Positions 30,598 through 41,882 of a DNA stretch of 64,000 nt are shown one piece after another. The notes beneath the pieces were generated by a model, which was given only the letters and a program-made list of their open reading frames with translations, did no database searches and was not told the origin of the DNA. Every line of letters begins with the position of its first letter. Position 1 is the first letter of the stretch. Source of the DNA: Thermodesulfovibrionia bacterium (lineage in GTDB: Bacteria > Nitrospirota > Thermodesulfovibrionia > UBA6902); NCBI GenBank assembly GCA_030646035.1, contig JAUSMY010000040.1:8081-72080 (forward strand), written 5' to 3'. Position numbers and translations under genes: made by a program.

Positions 30598-31713
30598 TTG
30601 AAGATATTAAGTGTAAACACAGGAAGTTCCTCTGTCCGTCTTGCCGCATTTATCAATTCAGGCAGCGTGCCTAAAAAGCTGGCTGACAGACATATAAAGC
30701 TGAACGAGAGTACACCCGAGGCAATTCTGCGGGCTTTTGTTAATGAAAGCAATTTTAAGGATGTTCAATGCATTGCCCACCGTGTCGTTCATGGAGGCAC
30801 AAAACTCCTTCAGCCATGTCTGATAAATAGTGAAATCGAGAATGAGATCAACCGCCTTTCACCTATGGCGCCATTGCACAATCCATCGGCTTTGAAATGG
30901 ATCCGCATATGCCGCGAATTATTCGGGCAGAATGTTCCGCAGGTTGCGGTCTTTGATACAGCCTTTTATTCTCAGATGCCTGAAGTTGCAAAAACGTACG
31001 CTTTGCCTCGTGATATTTGCATAGAGCACGGGATACGGCGTTACGGCTTTCACGGCCTTGCTCACAGCGCCATGCTTCAGAGATGGCAGGGAATACGGCC
31101 TGATATTAAATACGGGGGCAGGGTGATATCGCTTCAGCTTGGCGCAGGCTGTTCGATAACTTCTATAAGAGATGGCAAAGCTGTAGATACCTCAATGGGC
31201 TTTTCTCCTCTTGAAGGTCTGGTCATGGCAACACGCTCAGGAGATATTGACCCTGAGATATTATTATTTCTTCAAAAGTCCGGAGGCCTTACAGCAGATG
31301 AGATACATAAAATGCTGAGCGAGTCCTCAGGTTTATTGGGTTTATCAGGCATCAGCAATGATATGCGTGTGCTGCTGGAAAGCGACGCACCTGAAGCGCG
31401 CCTTGCAATTGATCTTTACTGCTACCGCGCAAGAAAATATATAGGTTCATACCTTTCAGTTCTCAACGGGGCTGATGTAATTCTCTTTGGCGGCGGGGTA
31501 GGGGAGAATGCTTCGTTGATAAGAGAGCGCATTCTCCATGATATGAAATGGTGCGGCATAGAGCTTGACCGCCGTATTAACAATGATACAATTGGTATTG
31601 AAGGGCGCATCACTTCATCTTCAAGTAAAATTGAAGCGTGGGTGATTTCAGTAGACGAAGCCGCAGTTCTTGCAAAAGAGGCGTTTACAGTTATAGGAGG
31701 GTTAAATGAGTAA
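30598..31713 (+). CDS. ackA: acetate kinase
   Basis: 371-aa ORF; [17 protein letters not shown]-terminus, HRVVHGG and FDTAF motifs. Confidence 0.85.
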   Translation: MKILSVNTGSSSVRLAAFINSGSVPKKLADRHIKLNESTPEAILRAFVNESNFKDVQCIAHRVVHGGTKLLQPCLINSEIENEINRLSPMAPLHNPSALKWIRICRELFGQNVPQVAVFDTAFYSQMPEVAKTYALPRDICIEHGIRRYGFHGLAHSAMLQRWQGIRPDIKYGGRVISLQLGAGCSITSIRDGKAVDTSMGFSPLEGLVMATRSGDIDPEILLFLQKSGGLTADEIHKMLSESSGLLGLSGISNDMRVLLESDAPEARLAIDLYCYRARKYIGSYLSVLNGADVILFGGGVGENASLIRERILHDMKWCGIELDRRINNDTIGIEGRITSSSSKIEAWVISVDEAAVLAKEAFTVIGGLNE

Positions 31714-34078
31714 TGTTTTATCCGCAGAGCAATTACAGTTAATGAATGCTTACTGGCGCGCGGCAAATTATCTTGCCGTGGGGCAGATATATCTTTATGA
31801 TAATCCGCTCCTGAAGGAACCTCTGAAGATAGAGCACATCAAGCCGAGGCTGCTCGGCCACTGGGGCACGACTCCGGGGCTCAATTTTATTTACGTTCAT
31901 CTCAACAGAATTATAAAGGAGCATGACCTGAATGTGCTCTACATTGCCGGCCCCGGTCACGGCGGCCCTGCGATCGTTGCCAACACTTATCTTGAAGGAA
32001 CGTACAGCGAGGTCTATCCGCATATTTCTCAGGATGCCGACGGGATGAAGAAACTCTTTAAACAGTTCTCATTCCCCGGCGGAATTCCCAGCCATGTAGC
32101 GCCTGAGACACCGGGTTCGATACATGAAGGAGGTGAACTCGGTTATGCTGTTTCTCATGCCTACGGCGCGGTATTTGATAACCCCGGCCTTATCGCTGCC
32201 TGTGTCGTCGGAGACGGAGAGGCTGAGACAGGACCGCTTGCCGCTGCCTGGCATTCAAACAAATTTCTAAATCCTGCGCGCGATGGAGCAGTATTGCCGA
32301 TACTTCATCTGAACGGATACAAGATAGCCAACCCCACACTTTTGGCAAGGATCAGTCATGAGGAGCTTGAAAAGCTTTTTATCGGGTATGGATATAAACC
32401 GTATTTTGTTGAAGGGTCTGACCCCGAAGTCATGCATGAGCTGATGGCTTCGACCATGGATACAGTTTTTGCCGAGATAAAATCGATACAGGATAGTGCC
32501 CGTTTAAATGGGGTTACAAAACGGCCGATGTGGCCTATGATCATTATGCGGACGCCAAAAGGCTGGACCGGCCCGAAGGTAGTTGACGGCAAGAAGACCG
32601 AGGGTTCATGGAGGTCGCATCAGGTTCCGTTTTCAGAAATGACTGGCAATCCCGGCCACATCAAACTTCTTGAAGACTGGATGAAGAGCTACAGGCCTGA
32701 AGAACTTTTTGATGAGAAAGGCATGCTTAAACCCCAACTGTCTGAACTCGCTCCAAAGGGTGAAAGGCGTATGGGCGCAAATCCTCATGCCAACGGCGGT
32801 GCGCTCCTCAAGGCTCTAAAGATGCCTGACTTCCGCGATTACGCGTTAAAGGTAGATGCACCAGGGCAGGTTGAGGGAGAGGCAACACGCGTTATGGGAT
32901 ACTTTCTGCGGGATATAATGAAGCTCAATATGAAGAGCAGTAACTTCCGTGTCTTCGGCCCGGATGAGACAGCATCAAACCGCCTCGGCGCGCTCTTTGA
33001 AGTGACAGACCGTGTATGGATGTCTGATACGATTCCTGAAGATGACCACCTCTCTCCTGACGGGCGCGTGATGGAGATACTGAGCGAGCATACGTGCCAG
33101 GGCTGGCTTGAGGGCTATCTTCTCACAGGCAGGCACGGGCTTTTCTCATGCTACGAGGCATTTATCCATATCATTGACTCGATGTTCAACCAGCACGCAA
33201 AGTGGCTGAAGGTCACGTCAAAGGAGATACCATGGCGCCGTCCTATTGCGTCTCTTAATTATCTCCTGACCTCGCATGTATGGAGGCAGGACCATAACGG
33301 CTTCAGCCATCAGGACCCGGGCTTTATCGATCATGTGGTGAACAAGAAGGCGGACATCATCCGCGTTTATCTTCCGCCTGACGCAAACACACTTCTCTTT
33401 GTGACAGACAAATGTCTGCGAAGCCGTAACTTCATAAATGTTATTGTCGCTGGCAAACAGCCTGCACCTCAGTGGCTTGACATGGATGCTGCTATCAAGC
33501 ACTGCACATACGGGATAGGCATATGGGAATGGGCAAGCAATGACAGGGGTTCGGAGCCGGATGTTGTCATGGCATGTGCCGGTGATGTCCCTACACTTGA
33601 GACACTTGCCGCAGTGGACATCCTCCGCCAGCAGGTGCCTGATCTAAAAATACGGGTCATCAATATTGTTGACCTCATGACGCTCCAGCCGAAAGAGGAG
33701 CATCCGCATGGGCTCTCGGACAAAGACTTTGACACTCTCTTTACTAAGGATAAGCCGATAATATTTGCGTATCATGGTTATCCATGGCTTATCCACCGCC
33801 TCACCTACAGAAGGACGAATCACAAGAACCTCCATGTCAGGGGATACAAAGAAGAAGGCACCACCTCAACTCCGTTCGATATGGTCGTCTGTAATGACCT
33901 GGACCGTTTCCACCTTGTTGCTGATGTGATAGACCGCGTAGCGGATCTCGGCTCTGTCGCAGCTTACACTAAACAGTTTGTTCGTGATAAACTCATTGAG
34001 CATAAGCAGTACATCAAAAAGTACGGCCAGGACATGCCTGAGATCCGTGAATGGACATGGAAACGAAATAACAGCTGA
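31706..34078 (+). CDS. xfp: xylulose-5-phosphate/fructose-6-phosphate phosphoketolase
   Basis: 790-aa ORF; phosphoketolase signature regions ([15 protein letters not shown]; ThDP fold); overlaps ackA by 8 nt. Confidence 0.9.
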   Translation: MSNVLSAEQLQLMNAYWRAANYLAVGQIYLYDNPLLKEPLKIEHIKPRLLGHWGTTPGLNFIYVHLNRIIKEHDLNVLYIAGPGHGGPAIVANTYLEGTYSEVYPHISQDADGMKKLFKQFSFPGGIPSHVAPETPGSIHEGGELGYAVSHAYGAVFDNPGLIAACVVGDGEAETGPLAAAWHSNKFLNPARDGAVLPILHLNGYKIANPTLLARISHEELEKLFIGYGYKPYFVEGSDPEVMHELMASTMDTVFAEIKSIQDSARLNGVTKRPMWPMIIMRTPKGWTGPKVVDGKKTEGSWRSHQVPFSEMTGNPGHIKLLEDWMKSYRPEELFDEKGMLKPQLSELAPKGERRMGANPHANGGALLKALKMPDFRDYALKVDAPGQVEGEATRVMGYFLRDIMKLNMKSSNFRVFGPDETASNRLGALFEVTDRVWMSDTIPEDDHLSPDGRVMEILSEHTCQGWLEGYLLTGRHGLFSCYEAFIHIIDSMFNQHAKWLKVTSKEIPWRRPIASLNYLLTSHVWRQDHNGFSHQDPGFIDHVVNKKADIIRVYLPPDANTLLFVTDKCLRSRNFINVIVAGKQPAPQWLDMDAAIKHCTYGIGIWEWASNDRGSEPDVVMACAGDVPTLETLAAVDILRQQVPDLKIRVINIVDLMTLQPKEEHPHGLSDKDFDTLFTKDKPIIFAYHGYPWLIHRLTYRRTNHKNLHVRGYKEEGTTSTPFDMVVCNDLDRFHLVADVIDRVADLGSVAAYTKQFVRDKLIEHKQYIKKYGQDMPEIREWTWKRNNS

Positions 34079-34098
34079 AAAATATTAAGGAGGATTAA

Positions 34099-34545
34099 AT
34101 GAGAAGAGCAACGGTAAAAATTATTTTAGGTATTCTTGTAATTGCAATAATGAGCCTTGGGGCATCAAGAAGCGAAGCTCTGCACGAATACTTCAAGAGC
34201 CTTGATATAAACAATGACGGAAAGGTAGATCTCCAGGAATTTTCAGGCGAGATGAAGAAGCAGGTCTTTGATGAGCTTGATGCTGATAAGAACAAAGAAG
34301 TGACTGAAAGTGAATGGGGCAGCGTCCCTGATATCACTGAAGAGAAAGAGCATGAAAGTGTTTTCAAGAAGATAGACAGGGACACAGACAGCAGGATCAC
34401 CTTTTTTGAGTTTTCAGATTACGCGGAAAGCAACTCAAACATAATGAAGGCTTTTATGGGCCTGGATATGGATAAGAACAATCTCCTCTCTCCGGATGAG
34501 GTCTCATCCAGACCGATGTTCAGGTTGATAACGGTGCATTTTTAA
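34099..34545 (+). CDS. secreted EF-hand calcium-binding protein
   Basis: 148-aa ORF with signal peptide and four EF-hand-like loops (DINNDGKVDLQEF, DADKNKEVTESEW, DRDTDSRITFFEF, DMDKNNLLSPDEV). Confidence 0.6.
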   Translation: MRRATVKIILGILVIAIMSLGASRSEALHEYFKSLDINNDGKVDLQEFSGEMKKQVFDELDADKNKEVTESEWGSVPDITEEKEHESVFKKIDRDTDSRITFFEFSDYAESNSNIMKAFMGLDMDKNNLLSPDEVSSRPMFRLITVHF

Positions 34546-34565
34546 GAGGCGATATATCTGACCAA

Positions 34566-35198
34566 ATGGAACCTTTGACCTTTTTCATCTACGCATTCAC
34601 ATCTATCTTTGTCATTGTAAATCCGGTGAGCGGCATACTCACGTTCATCGCGTTGACTAACGGGATGGATCTTTCTGCAAAGAAAGAGATAGCCAAACGC
34701 TCTGTGACGGTCGCCTGCATAACAGCGATAGCTTTTGCCATTGCCGGAGAGGCCATCCTGAGGTTCTTTAATATTACCGTGGACAGTCTGCGTGTCGCAG
34801 GAGGGGTGCTGCTCTTTTTGATAGCCATTGACATGCTCCATGGAAGGGTCTCCAGAGAGAGCGTGACGCCTGAGGAAGTCAAGGATGCTTCAAAGAGGGA
34901 TGATGTCGCCGTGTTCCCGCTTGCTATTCCTCTGCTCACAGGCCCGGGCGCTATCACTACGGTGATCGTATTGATACGAACAGGCAAGACATGGGACTTG
35001 AAGGTCATAACACTCCTTGCCATTTTACTGACCTTTTTTCTCTCTTATCTTTTTTTTAGATTCGCTGACAAGATCAACAAGATAATGGGTGTGACCATCT
35101 CTCTGGTGATAACGCGGTTGATGGGCCTGATGCTGGCGGCTATAGCTTCCAATTTTATCGCTGAAGGGTTGTGGAATATATATAAGTCGTTCAATTAA
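34566..35198 (+). CDS. MarC family integral membrane protein
   Basis: 210-aa ORF; six TM segments; N-terminal FxxxxxxIFVIVNPV pattern typical of MarC/UPF0056. Confidence 0.7.
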   Translation: MEPLTFFIYAFTSIFVIVNPVSGILTFIALTNGMDLSAKKEIAKRSVTVACITAIAFAIAGEAILRFFNITVDSLRVAGGVLLFLIAIDMLHGRVSRESVTPEEVKDASKRDDVAVFPLAIPLLTGPGAITTVIVLIRTGKTWDLKVITLLAILLTFFLSYLFFRFADKINKIMGVTISLVITRLMGLMLAAIASNFIAEGLWNIYKSFN

Positions 35199-35226
35199 TT
35201 TTAGATAAAAGGATATGGTATAACCA

Positions 35227-36621
35227 ATGTCAATTAACATCTCTTTTCACGGCGGTGTCGATACTGTAACCGGCTCGTGCCATCTTCTTGAAGCCGGAGG
35301 TTTGAATATCCTTGTTGACTGCGGGCTCTTTCAGGGCGGTTCTGAGATCGATGAGAAAAACTATGGCGAGTTCGGTTTCGATCCTTCCTCTATCGATTAC
35401 CTCCTTGTCACGCACGGGCATCTTGACCATTGCGGACGAATTCCAATCCTTGTCAAGAAAGGTTTTAAGGGGAAGATAATTACCACCGCTGCAACCGGCG
35501 AGATCGCAAAGGTAATCCTGCTTGATTCCGCGAAGATACAGGAAGAGGATTTTGAGAGATGGAAGAGGATAAAGAGGCGCAGGGGACAGATACAGCGGGA
35601 GCCTCTATATACAACTCTCGATGCTGTTGACGCACTTGTGCATTTTGATCCAAGCGCACGATATGAGACTCCGATCAAATTAAACGGAAACGTGACCGCA
35701 ACATTCAGGGACGCCGGGCATATATTCGGGTCTGCATTCATAGAGATCAAGGTTAAAGGTTTTGGAACGATACTGTTTTCCGGCGATCTCGGCAACAGGG
35801 GCAAGCCGATACTTAATGACCCTTCATTCCCTGAAAGAGCTGATGTGGTCATACTTGAAAGCACTTACGCAAACAGGAACCATAAGAATATTGATGACTC
35901 AGTAGCTGAATTCCGTCAGGCGATAATCGATACATTCAAAAGGGGCGGCAATGTCCTTATTCCTTCATTTGCATTGGAGAGGGCTCAGGACCTGCTTTAT
36001 TTCCTGAGAGAATTCAGGCAGAACGCGGAGATACCCGCCTGCACCGTCTATCTTGATTCTCCTATGGCGATCAATGTTGCCGATATCATGCACAGGCATC
36101 CTGAACTTTTCGATCTTGAAGCAGCCGGGCTGTTGCAGAGAGGAATAGACCCTTTCATGTTCCAGGGTTTAAAGCTCACAAGGCATCCTGAAGAATCAAG
36201 AAAGATAAATTTTATAAAGAGCAATGCCATTATCATTGCGGGTTCAGGCATGTGCAACGGCGGAAGGATAAGCCATCATCTTAAGCATAATATATGGAGA
36301 AAAGAATCTTCAGTGATATTCGCGGGCTATCAGGCTGCCGGCACACTTGGGCGGAAGATAGTTGACGGCAACAGGAGAGTGAAGATCTTTGATGAGCCTT
36401 TCAAGGTAAACGCAAAGATATATACGATAGGCGGTTTTTCAGCGCATGCTGACAAGGATATACTTTTAGACTGGCTGCGGCACTGCAAAGGGCTTGATAA
36501 GGTCTTCCTCGTACACGGCGAGCGCGACAGCATTGAGGGTTTCAGGAAAGAGATAATGAAACAGAAAATATCCGCGAAGGTTAATGTCCCGCATCTGCAT
36601 CAGTCGTTTTTGCTTGGGTGA
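35227..36621 (+). CDS. MBL-fold beta-CASP ribonuclease-type metallo-hydrolase
   Basis: 464-aa ORF; metallo-beta-lactamase motif HGHLDHCG plus beta-CASP region. Confidence 0.8.
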   Translation: MSINISFHGGVDTVTGSCHLLEAGGLNILVDCGLFQGGSEIDEKNYGEFGFDPSSIDYLLVTHGHLDHCGRIPILVKKGFKGKIITTAATGEIAKVILLDSAKIQEEDFERWKRIKRRRGQIQREPLYTTLDAVDALVHFDPSARYETPIKLNGNVTATFRDAGHIFGSAFIEIKVKGFGTILFSGDLGNRGKPILNDPSFPERADVVILESTYANRNHKNIDDSVAEFRQAIIDTFKRGGNVLIPSFALERAQDLLYFLREFRQNAEIPACTVYLDSPMAINVADIMHRHPELFDLEAAGLLQRGIDPFMFQGLKLTRHPEESRKINFIKSNAIIIAGSGMCNGGRISHHLKHNIWRKESSVIFAGYQAAGTLGRKIVDGNRRVKIFDEPFKVNAKIYTIGGFSAHADKDILLDWLRHCKGLDKVFLVHGERDSIEGFRKEIMKQKISAKVNVPHLHQSFLLG

Positions 36622-36845
36622 GCCGGTCTCTATTGCTTTCATTGGGTTCGATTTTGCTGACTTCTGCTTTGAAACACATCTTGTTTATTAATTCAAAATA
36701 TCTTCAGCGGTAGTATGTGGGTTAATTTTTTATCTTGAAAAATCAGGCAGTAATGGGGTTGCATTTATCCATCTTTATTTTTTTAAACTAATAACTGATG
36801 GTGCTCTTTTGCATGTATGGTATATTAGTACCATGATGAGGTAAA

Positions 36846-37130
36846 ATGAAGGCAGAACTTGTTTATCATGAGAAGAGATATTTTGAGGACAGTACTTTTC
36901 AGGAGATAAAGATATGGAGTGTTCCTGAAAGCAGAGACAAGCCTCATGGCATCAAATACTCTTTTGCCTATATTGCTGATAATAAAAGGGTGCTGGGATA
37001 TGACAATGCAGAATATAAAGGAGACCACAGGCATTACAAAGGCAGAGAGTATCCTTATATATTTCATAGCCTGGATAAGTTATGGCAGGACTTTAACATG
37101 GACATAGAACGATTCAGGAGGCAGAGATGA
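36846..37130 (+). CDS. small protein, first gene of a toxin-antitoxin-like two-gene cassette
   Basis: 94-aa ORF; His/Tyr-rich C-terminus (DNAEYKGDHRHYKGREYPY); overlaps downstream gene by 4 nt. Confidence 0.4.
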   Translation: MKAELVYHEKRYFEDSTFQEIKIWSVPESRDKPHGIKYSFAYIADNKRVLGYDNAEYKGDHRHYKGREYPYIFHSLDKLWQDFNMDIERFRRQR

Positions 37131-37504
37131 GAGTAAGAGATATAAAAATATCCATAAAAACGCAGGATGAATTATTAGATGAGGTAAAAGGTGTCTGGGG
37201 AAAACTGGAAAAAGGTAAGAAGGTTTCAAGGCACGAGGGGATATCTTTTGAAAGTCTTGATGCCATGAGAAAGGTTCTGACAGAGAAGAGGCTGAAGATA
37301 TTGAAGACGATCAAGAAAGAACATCCGCAATCAATTTATCAACTTGCCAGCCTGCTCCACAGGGATATCAAGAATACATTTAATGATGTCCGGCTTCTGG
37401 AAGAGATGGGGCTTATAGATCTGAAGAAGACCAAAGACGGCAGAGAGAAGTGTACTCCTGAAGTGTCATATGACAGGATAGTGCTTGAGATCCCGGTTGG
37501 GTAG
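37127..37504 (+). CDS. putative winged-helix DNA-binding protein, second gene of the cassette
   Basis: 125-aa ORF; predicted HTH around LKTIKKEHPQSIYQLASLLHRDIKNTFNDVRLLEEMGLI. Confidence 0.45.
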   Translation: MRVRDIKISIKTQDELLDEVKGVWGKLEKGKKVSRHEGISFESLDAMRKVLTEKRLKILKTIKKEHPQSIYQLASLLHRDIKNTFNDVRLLEEMGLIDLKKTKDGREKCTPEVSYDRIVLEIPVG

Positions 37505-37510
37505 AGGGCG

Positions 37511-38620
37511 CTAAAACCACTTCTTCCTCTTAAAGAAGAACAGCATCGTAATTGCCACAGTAGCCATTAGACCCAATGCAAATGGATAACCGTAGTACCA
37601 GTTGAGTTCAGGCATATTGAGAGGGCTGTTTGCCGTATTGAAGTTCATGCCGTAGAGTCCTGCGATGAAGGTCAGCGGTATGAATATCGCCGCGAAGATG
37701 GTGAGGACCTTCATTACTTCGTTCATCCTGTTGCTTATGCTTGAGAGGTATACATCAAGCATGCCGGAGATCATGTCCCGATAAGTCTCCACTGAATCAA
37801 TGACCTGTATCGTGTGGTCGTAAAGGTCGCGCAGGTATATGCTGGTGGATTCTTTTATAAGCGGAGTCTCTTCCCGCTCCAGGTTTCCTATCATCTCACG
37901 CAGGGGCCATACTGATTTCCGCAGAAATATCATCTCTCTTTTCAATAAATGTATCTTCTGCAGTGTTTCAGGCCTCGGATTCGTGACGAGCTCCTCTTCT
38001 ATCAGCTCTATATCTTCACCGATATTTTCAATGACCTTGAAATAGTTATCCACTACGGCATCTATCAAGGAATACGCGAGGTAATCAGCGCCTGCCTTTC
38101 TTGTGCGCCCTTTATTAAGTTTGATCCGGTCTCTGATCGAGTCAAAAATATCCCCGATATTTTCCTGGAATGTTATGACGTAGTTATTGCCGATGATAAG
38201 ACTTACCTGCTCAACATCGACATACTTGGTTTCTTCGTTGTAAGTGAGCATTTTGAGGACGATGAATATGTAATCGTCAATAATATCCATCTTGGGGCGC
38301 TGTTCTGTATTAAGGAGATCCTCGATGACGAGGGAATGGATATTGTAATGTTCGCCCAGTTTCTCTGCTATAGATACATCATGAAGCCCGTCAACATTGA
38401 TCCATGTGACCGTCGGCCTTTCTTTGAATGGGAAGCAGTCTTCAACTTTGTGGACTTCTTTTATCTCAACATTGATCTCATCATAATCAATTAAAGTTAT
38501 CTTTACTTCTTCAGTCTTTTTTTCGCCGACAAATACCGGAGCTCCGGGAAGAAGCCCGGATTTCGTAGATCTCTTTGAACTCTTGTATCTTCTTACTCTG
38601 TGTTTAACAGGTTTGGCCAT
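37511..38620 (-). CDS. corA: magnesium/cobalt transporter CorA
   Basis: 369-aa ORF; two C-terminal TM helices with the YGMNF signature. Confidence 0.88.
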   Translation of the reverse strand: MAKPVKHRVRRYKSSKRSTKSGLLPGAPVFVGEKKTEEVKITLIDYDEINVEIKEVHKVEDCFPFKERPTVTWINVDGLHDVSIAEKLGEHYNIHSLVIEDLLNTEQRPKMDIIDDYIFIVLKMLTYNEETKYVDVEQVSLIIGNNYVITFQENIGDIFDSIRDRIKLNKGRTRKAGADYLAYSLIDAVVDNYFKVIENIGEDIELIEEELVTNPRPETLQKIHLLKREMIFLRKSVWPLREMIGNLEREETPLIKESTSIYLRDLYDHTIQVIDSVETYRDMISGMLDVYLSSISNRMNEVMKVLTIFAAIFIPLTFIAGLYGMNFNTANSPLNMPELNWYYGYPFALGLMATVAITMLFFFKRKKWF

Positions 38621-38628
38621 TGGTCTGC

Positions 38629-39192
38629 TTATAGCTTTAAGAAATTCCTCAGAAGGTCCATCCCTGCCTTTGTCAATATCGATTCAGGATGAAACTGCAC
38701 GCCTTCTATAAGAAGCTCTTTATGCCTAATCCCCATTATCTCATCCATGTCAGTCCATGCGGTTATCTCAAAGCAATTGGGAAGTGTCTCGCGCTTAATG
38801 AGGAGTGAATGGTATCTTGTTGCTTCGAAAGGATTTGGCAATCCTTTAAATATGGTTTTGCCGTCATGATGTATCATTGACGTCTTGCCGTGCATAAGTC
38901 TTGGCGCGTTTATTATGTCTCCGCCAAACGCGGCGCCTATTGACTGGTGGCCGAGGCATACGCCGAGTATGGGTAATTTGCCTGCGAAATGTTTTATGAC
39001 CTCAATTGATATACCCGCTTCTTTAGGCGTGCATGGTCCCGGCGAGATGACTATCTTTCCAGGGCTCAGCATCGCAATCTCAGGAATAGTTATCCTGTCA
39101 TTCCTAAAGACCTTTACATCTTCACCCAGTTCGCCGAAGTACTGAACCAGGTTATAAGTGAAGGAATCATAGTTGTCGATCATTAATAACAT
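38629..39192 (-). CDS. trpG: anthranilate synthase component II (glutamine amidotransferase)
   Basis: 187-aa ORF; class I GATase triad context (GVCLGHQ, HPES). Confidence 0.85.
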   Translation of the reverse strand: MLLMIDNYDSFTYNLVQYFGELGEDVKVFRNDRITIPEIAMLSPGKIVISPGPCTPKEAGISIEVIKHFAGKLPILGVCLGHQSIGAAFGGDIINAPRLMHGKTSMIHHDGKTIFKGLPNPFEATRYHSLLIKRETLPNCFEITAWTDMDEIMGIRHKELLIEGVQFHPESILTKAGMDLLRNFLKL

Positions 39193-40697
39193 TAAAGTTT
39201 CTCCGCCATCTCTATCGCCTTGAACATGCCTTTTGCCTTATTCACTGTCTCCTGATATTCCATTTCAGGGTCAGAGTCTGCCACTATGCCTGCCCCTGCC
39301 TGGATGTATGCTTTATCATTCTTAAATATGATAGTCCTTATTGTTATACACATATCCATATTACCTGAAAAGTCAAAGTACCCTAAACATCCGGCATACG
39401 GCCCGCGCCTCGTGGGTTCAAGTTCTTCGATTATCTCCATAGCCCTTATCTTCGGCGCTCCAGATACGGTGCCTGCAGGGAATGATGCCCTGAGCACGTC
39501 AAATGAGTCAAGCCCTTTTTTGAGCTTGCCCACAACATTTGAGACTATATGCATCACGTGCGAGTATTTCTCAATTGTCATGAGTTCGGTCACTTTTACG
39601 GAACCTGTGACCGCAACCCTTCCGACATCGTTTCTGCCAAGGTCAACGAGCATTATATGCTCAGCCAGTTCCTTCGGGTCGGCGATGAGCTCTTTCTCCA
39701 ATGCGATATCTTCCTCTTTGGTCTTGCCCCTTCTTCTTGTGCCTGCGATAGGCCTCAGTTCGATAGTGTCGTCTTCTACCCTTACGAGTATCTCAGGCGA
39801 TGAGCCGACAAGCGTGCTTCTGCCTGTATTCAGGTAGAACATATACGGCGATGGGTTGATGACCCTAAGCGCCCTGTAAGCGTTCATGGGGTTGATGTCT
39901 GTCTCTCTTTCAAAGTTCTGTGATAATACGACCTGGATGATATCACCGGAGTTGATGTATTCTTTTGCCTTTTCAACAGCCTCTTTAAATCCTTCTTTCC
40001 CGAATGAACTTTTTATCTCTGTTTTCTGTTCTGTCCCGGTATTATTGCTCTTTCTGTTCTTTGGCGGGACAGCCTTTGTCATCAGTTTTTTTACTATGGC
40101 ATTTATCTTTTCTTCAGCCTCTCGGTATGCCTCTTCAGGGTCTTTTCCCTCTGTGTATGCGTTGGATATGACCTTTATTGTCTGGCTCAGGTTATCAAAG
40201 ACAAGAAGCGTGTCAGTGAACATCAGAAAGATATCAGGGTGGTCAATGCCCTTATGGCGCATGTCAGGCAGCTTTTCAAAATGGCGCACTGTGTCATATC
40301 CGATATAGCCGACAAATCCTCCGTGAAACCTCGGGAGGCCTTCTGTCTTTACAGGCCTGTACTTTTTCAGTTCAGCTGATATCACCTCAAGCGGGTCGTG
40401 CTTGAACTTAACCTTCTCTTTTTCTGAACCGCGTTTGATAGTGATGTTTCTGCCCTTCCCCTCGATTATCATTGAAGGGGAGCTTCCGAGGAAAGAGTAT
40501 CTTGCCCATTTCTCGCCGCCCTCGATACTCTCAAGCAAGAAACCTGCCTTAGACTTGAGCTTCAGAAATGCGGAAAGCGGGGTCTCAAGATCGGCAAGGA
40601 TCTCCCTATAGACAGGGATCAGATTGCCTTCCTTTGTCTTCTTTTTAAATTCCTCTATGTCAGGGTGGAGCATTTGACAAACCCACTCAATATTCAT
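39192..40697 (-). CDS. trpE: anthranilate synthase component I
   Basis: 501-aa ORF; chorismate-binding domain ([11 protein letters not shown] region); abuts trpG; exact start uncertain. Confidence 0.88.
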   Translation of the reverse strand: MNIEWVCQMLHPDIEEFKKKTKEGNLIPVYREILADLETPLSAFLKLKSKAGFLLESIEGGEKWARYSFLGSSPSMIIEGKGRNITIKRGSEKEKVKFKHDPLEVISAELKKYRPVKTEGLPRFHGGFVGYIGYDTVRHFEKLPDMRHKGIDHPDIFLMFTDTLLVFDNLSQTIKVISNAYTEGKDPEEAYREAEEKINAIVKKLMTKAVPPKNRKSNNTGTEQKTEIKSSFGKEGFKEAVEKAKEYINSGDIIQVVLSQNFERETDINPMNAYRALRVINPSPYMFYLNTGRSTLVGSSPEILVRVEDDTIELRPIAGTRRRGKTKEEDIALEKELIADPKELAEHIMLVDLGRNDVGRVAVTGSVKVTELMTIEKYSHVMHIVSNVVGKLKKGLDSFDVLRASFPAGTVSGAPKIRAMEIIEELEPTRRGPYAGCLGYFDFSGNMDMCITIRTIIFKNDKAYIQAGAGIVADSDPEMEYQETVNKAKGMFKAIEMAEKL

Positions 40698-40749
40698 TAT
40701 GATTTTAACTGTCTATTATAGAATAAAAAGAGTTAAAAATTGTTTTATT

Positions 40750-40824
40750 GCGGGTGTAGCTCAGTGGTAGAGCACAACCTTGCCAAGGTTGGGGTCGAGA
40801 GTTCGAGCCTCTTCACCCGCTCCA
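40750..40824 (+). tRNA. tRNA-Gly (anticodon GCC)
   Basis: Cloverleaf folded by hand: acceptor GCGGGTG/CACCCGC, anticodon loop cuuGCCaa, T-arm GGTTCGA-type (GTCGAGAGTTCGAGCCTC), encoded CCA. Confidence 0.85.
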
Positions 40825-40834
40825 TTAAAGATCA

Positions 40835-40876
40835 AAGGAGTTAGTCCCTTCAAATCGGGATTAACTCCTTCTTTTT
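40835..40876 (+). terminator. Rho-independent terminator after tRNA-Gly
   Basis: 14-bp stem aaggagttagtccc / gggattaactcctt (one G-U pair), loop ttcaaatc, then cttttt. Confidence 0.7.
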
Positions 40877-41002
40877 AATTGGAGATCGCGTATTCTTGCT
40901 CTGTTGAAAGCTCTGTTACGATTTCTTAAGATTGTGACATAGAAGCAGTGCCCGGATTTAGCAGGTGTAAGAGGCAAGGATAATGATGGGAGTATACTGT
41001 AA

Positions 41003-41842
41003 ATGATCTGCAAAAAATGCGGAGTGGAACTTAATAGGCAGCGCCGTAACTGGCTGATAAAGTTTTTTGTTTTTACAAGATTTTATGAGTGCCCTGTCTG
41101 TTATAATTCTTATCTGTGGTTTTATGGTTTCTTGTTGAAACGTCTTTTTCTGTTTACAATTGTCTCAATATTTGCTGCAGAAGCCGTAATTATGTTCACC
41201 ATCTCGAAGTTCACTTCTTTTCCGTTAAGCACGCAAGCTATTATTGATTCATTAATATTGATATGTGTGGTCATCCCGATCCTGTATTTTTTCCTGGCTA
41301 AACCATTACGATTGAATATTGTAGCACGTAAAAACCTGGAGAAGGAAGTTGAAACATTGTCAATATCTGATAAACTTACCGGCTTTTACAACAGGAGAGA
41401 ATTTTTTGTTCTGGGCGCGGATCAGCTGAAGCTGGCCGAGCGCGAAAAGAGAGAAAAGGTTTTGTTTTGTGCCGGCCTTGATTTCCTGAAGTATATTAAT
41501 TATAACCTGGGGTACCAGATTGGCGACAATGTATTAATAGAAACAGCCGGCATTATCAGGAAAAGTTTTGATAAATCTGACATCATAGCCCGCATCGGCG
41601 GTGATGAGTTTGCGATTCTGGCAGATGGTATGCATGAAGACAACATCCAGAGACTTATCCGCCGCTTAAAAACAAATCTGGATGCATACAATGCTAAAGC
41701 GGGAAAGACCTGTGAGATATCTTTAAGTATCGGGATAAAACGTTATAATCCCGAGTCCCCGTGTTCAATAGACAAACTGCTTTCCGATGCTGATGAATTG
41801 ATGTATGAAGAGAAAAATCTTAAAGGGAAAATGTTAGTTTAA
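41003..41842 (+). CDS. membrane diguanylate cyclase (zinc-ribbon, TM, GGDEF)
   Basis: 279-aa ORF; N-terminal CxxC...CxxC, TM helices, canonical RIGGDEFAIL active-site motif. Confidence 0.8.
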   Translation: MICKKCGVELNRQRRNWLIKFFVFTRFYECPVCYNSYLWFYGFLLKRLFLFTIVSIFAAEAVIMFTISKFTSFPLSTQAIIDSLILICVVIPILYFFLAKPLRLNIVARKNLEKEVETLSISDKLTGFYNRREFFVLGADQLKLAEREKREKVLFCAGLDFLKYINYNLGYQIGDNVLIETAGIIRKSFDKSDIIARIGGDEFAILADGMHEDNIQRLIRRLKTNLDAYNAKAGKTCEISLSIGIKRYNPESPCSIDKLLSDADELMYEEKNLKGKMLV

Positions 41843-41882
41843 CTCCTTGCTGTTTATTGCTATATCAATGTTTCAGCCGTAT

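Noticed and set aside
39286-40611. Plus-strand ORFs antisense to trpE (39286..39837, 39886..40308, 40402..40611)
   Set aside because: Antisense to a well-supported trpE; low-complexity translations.
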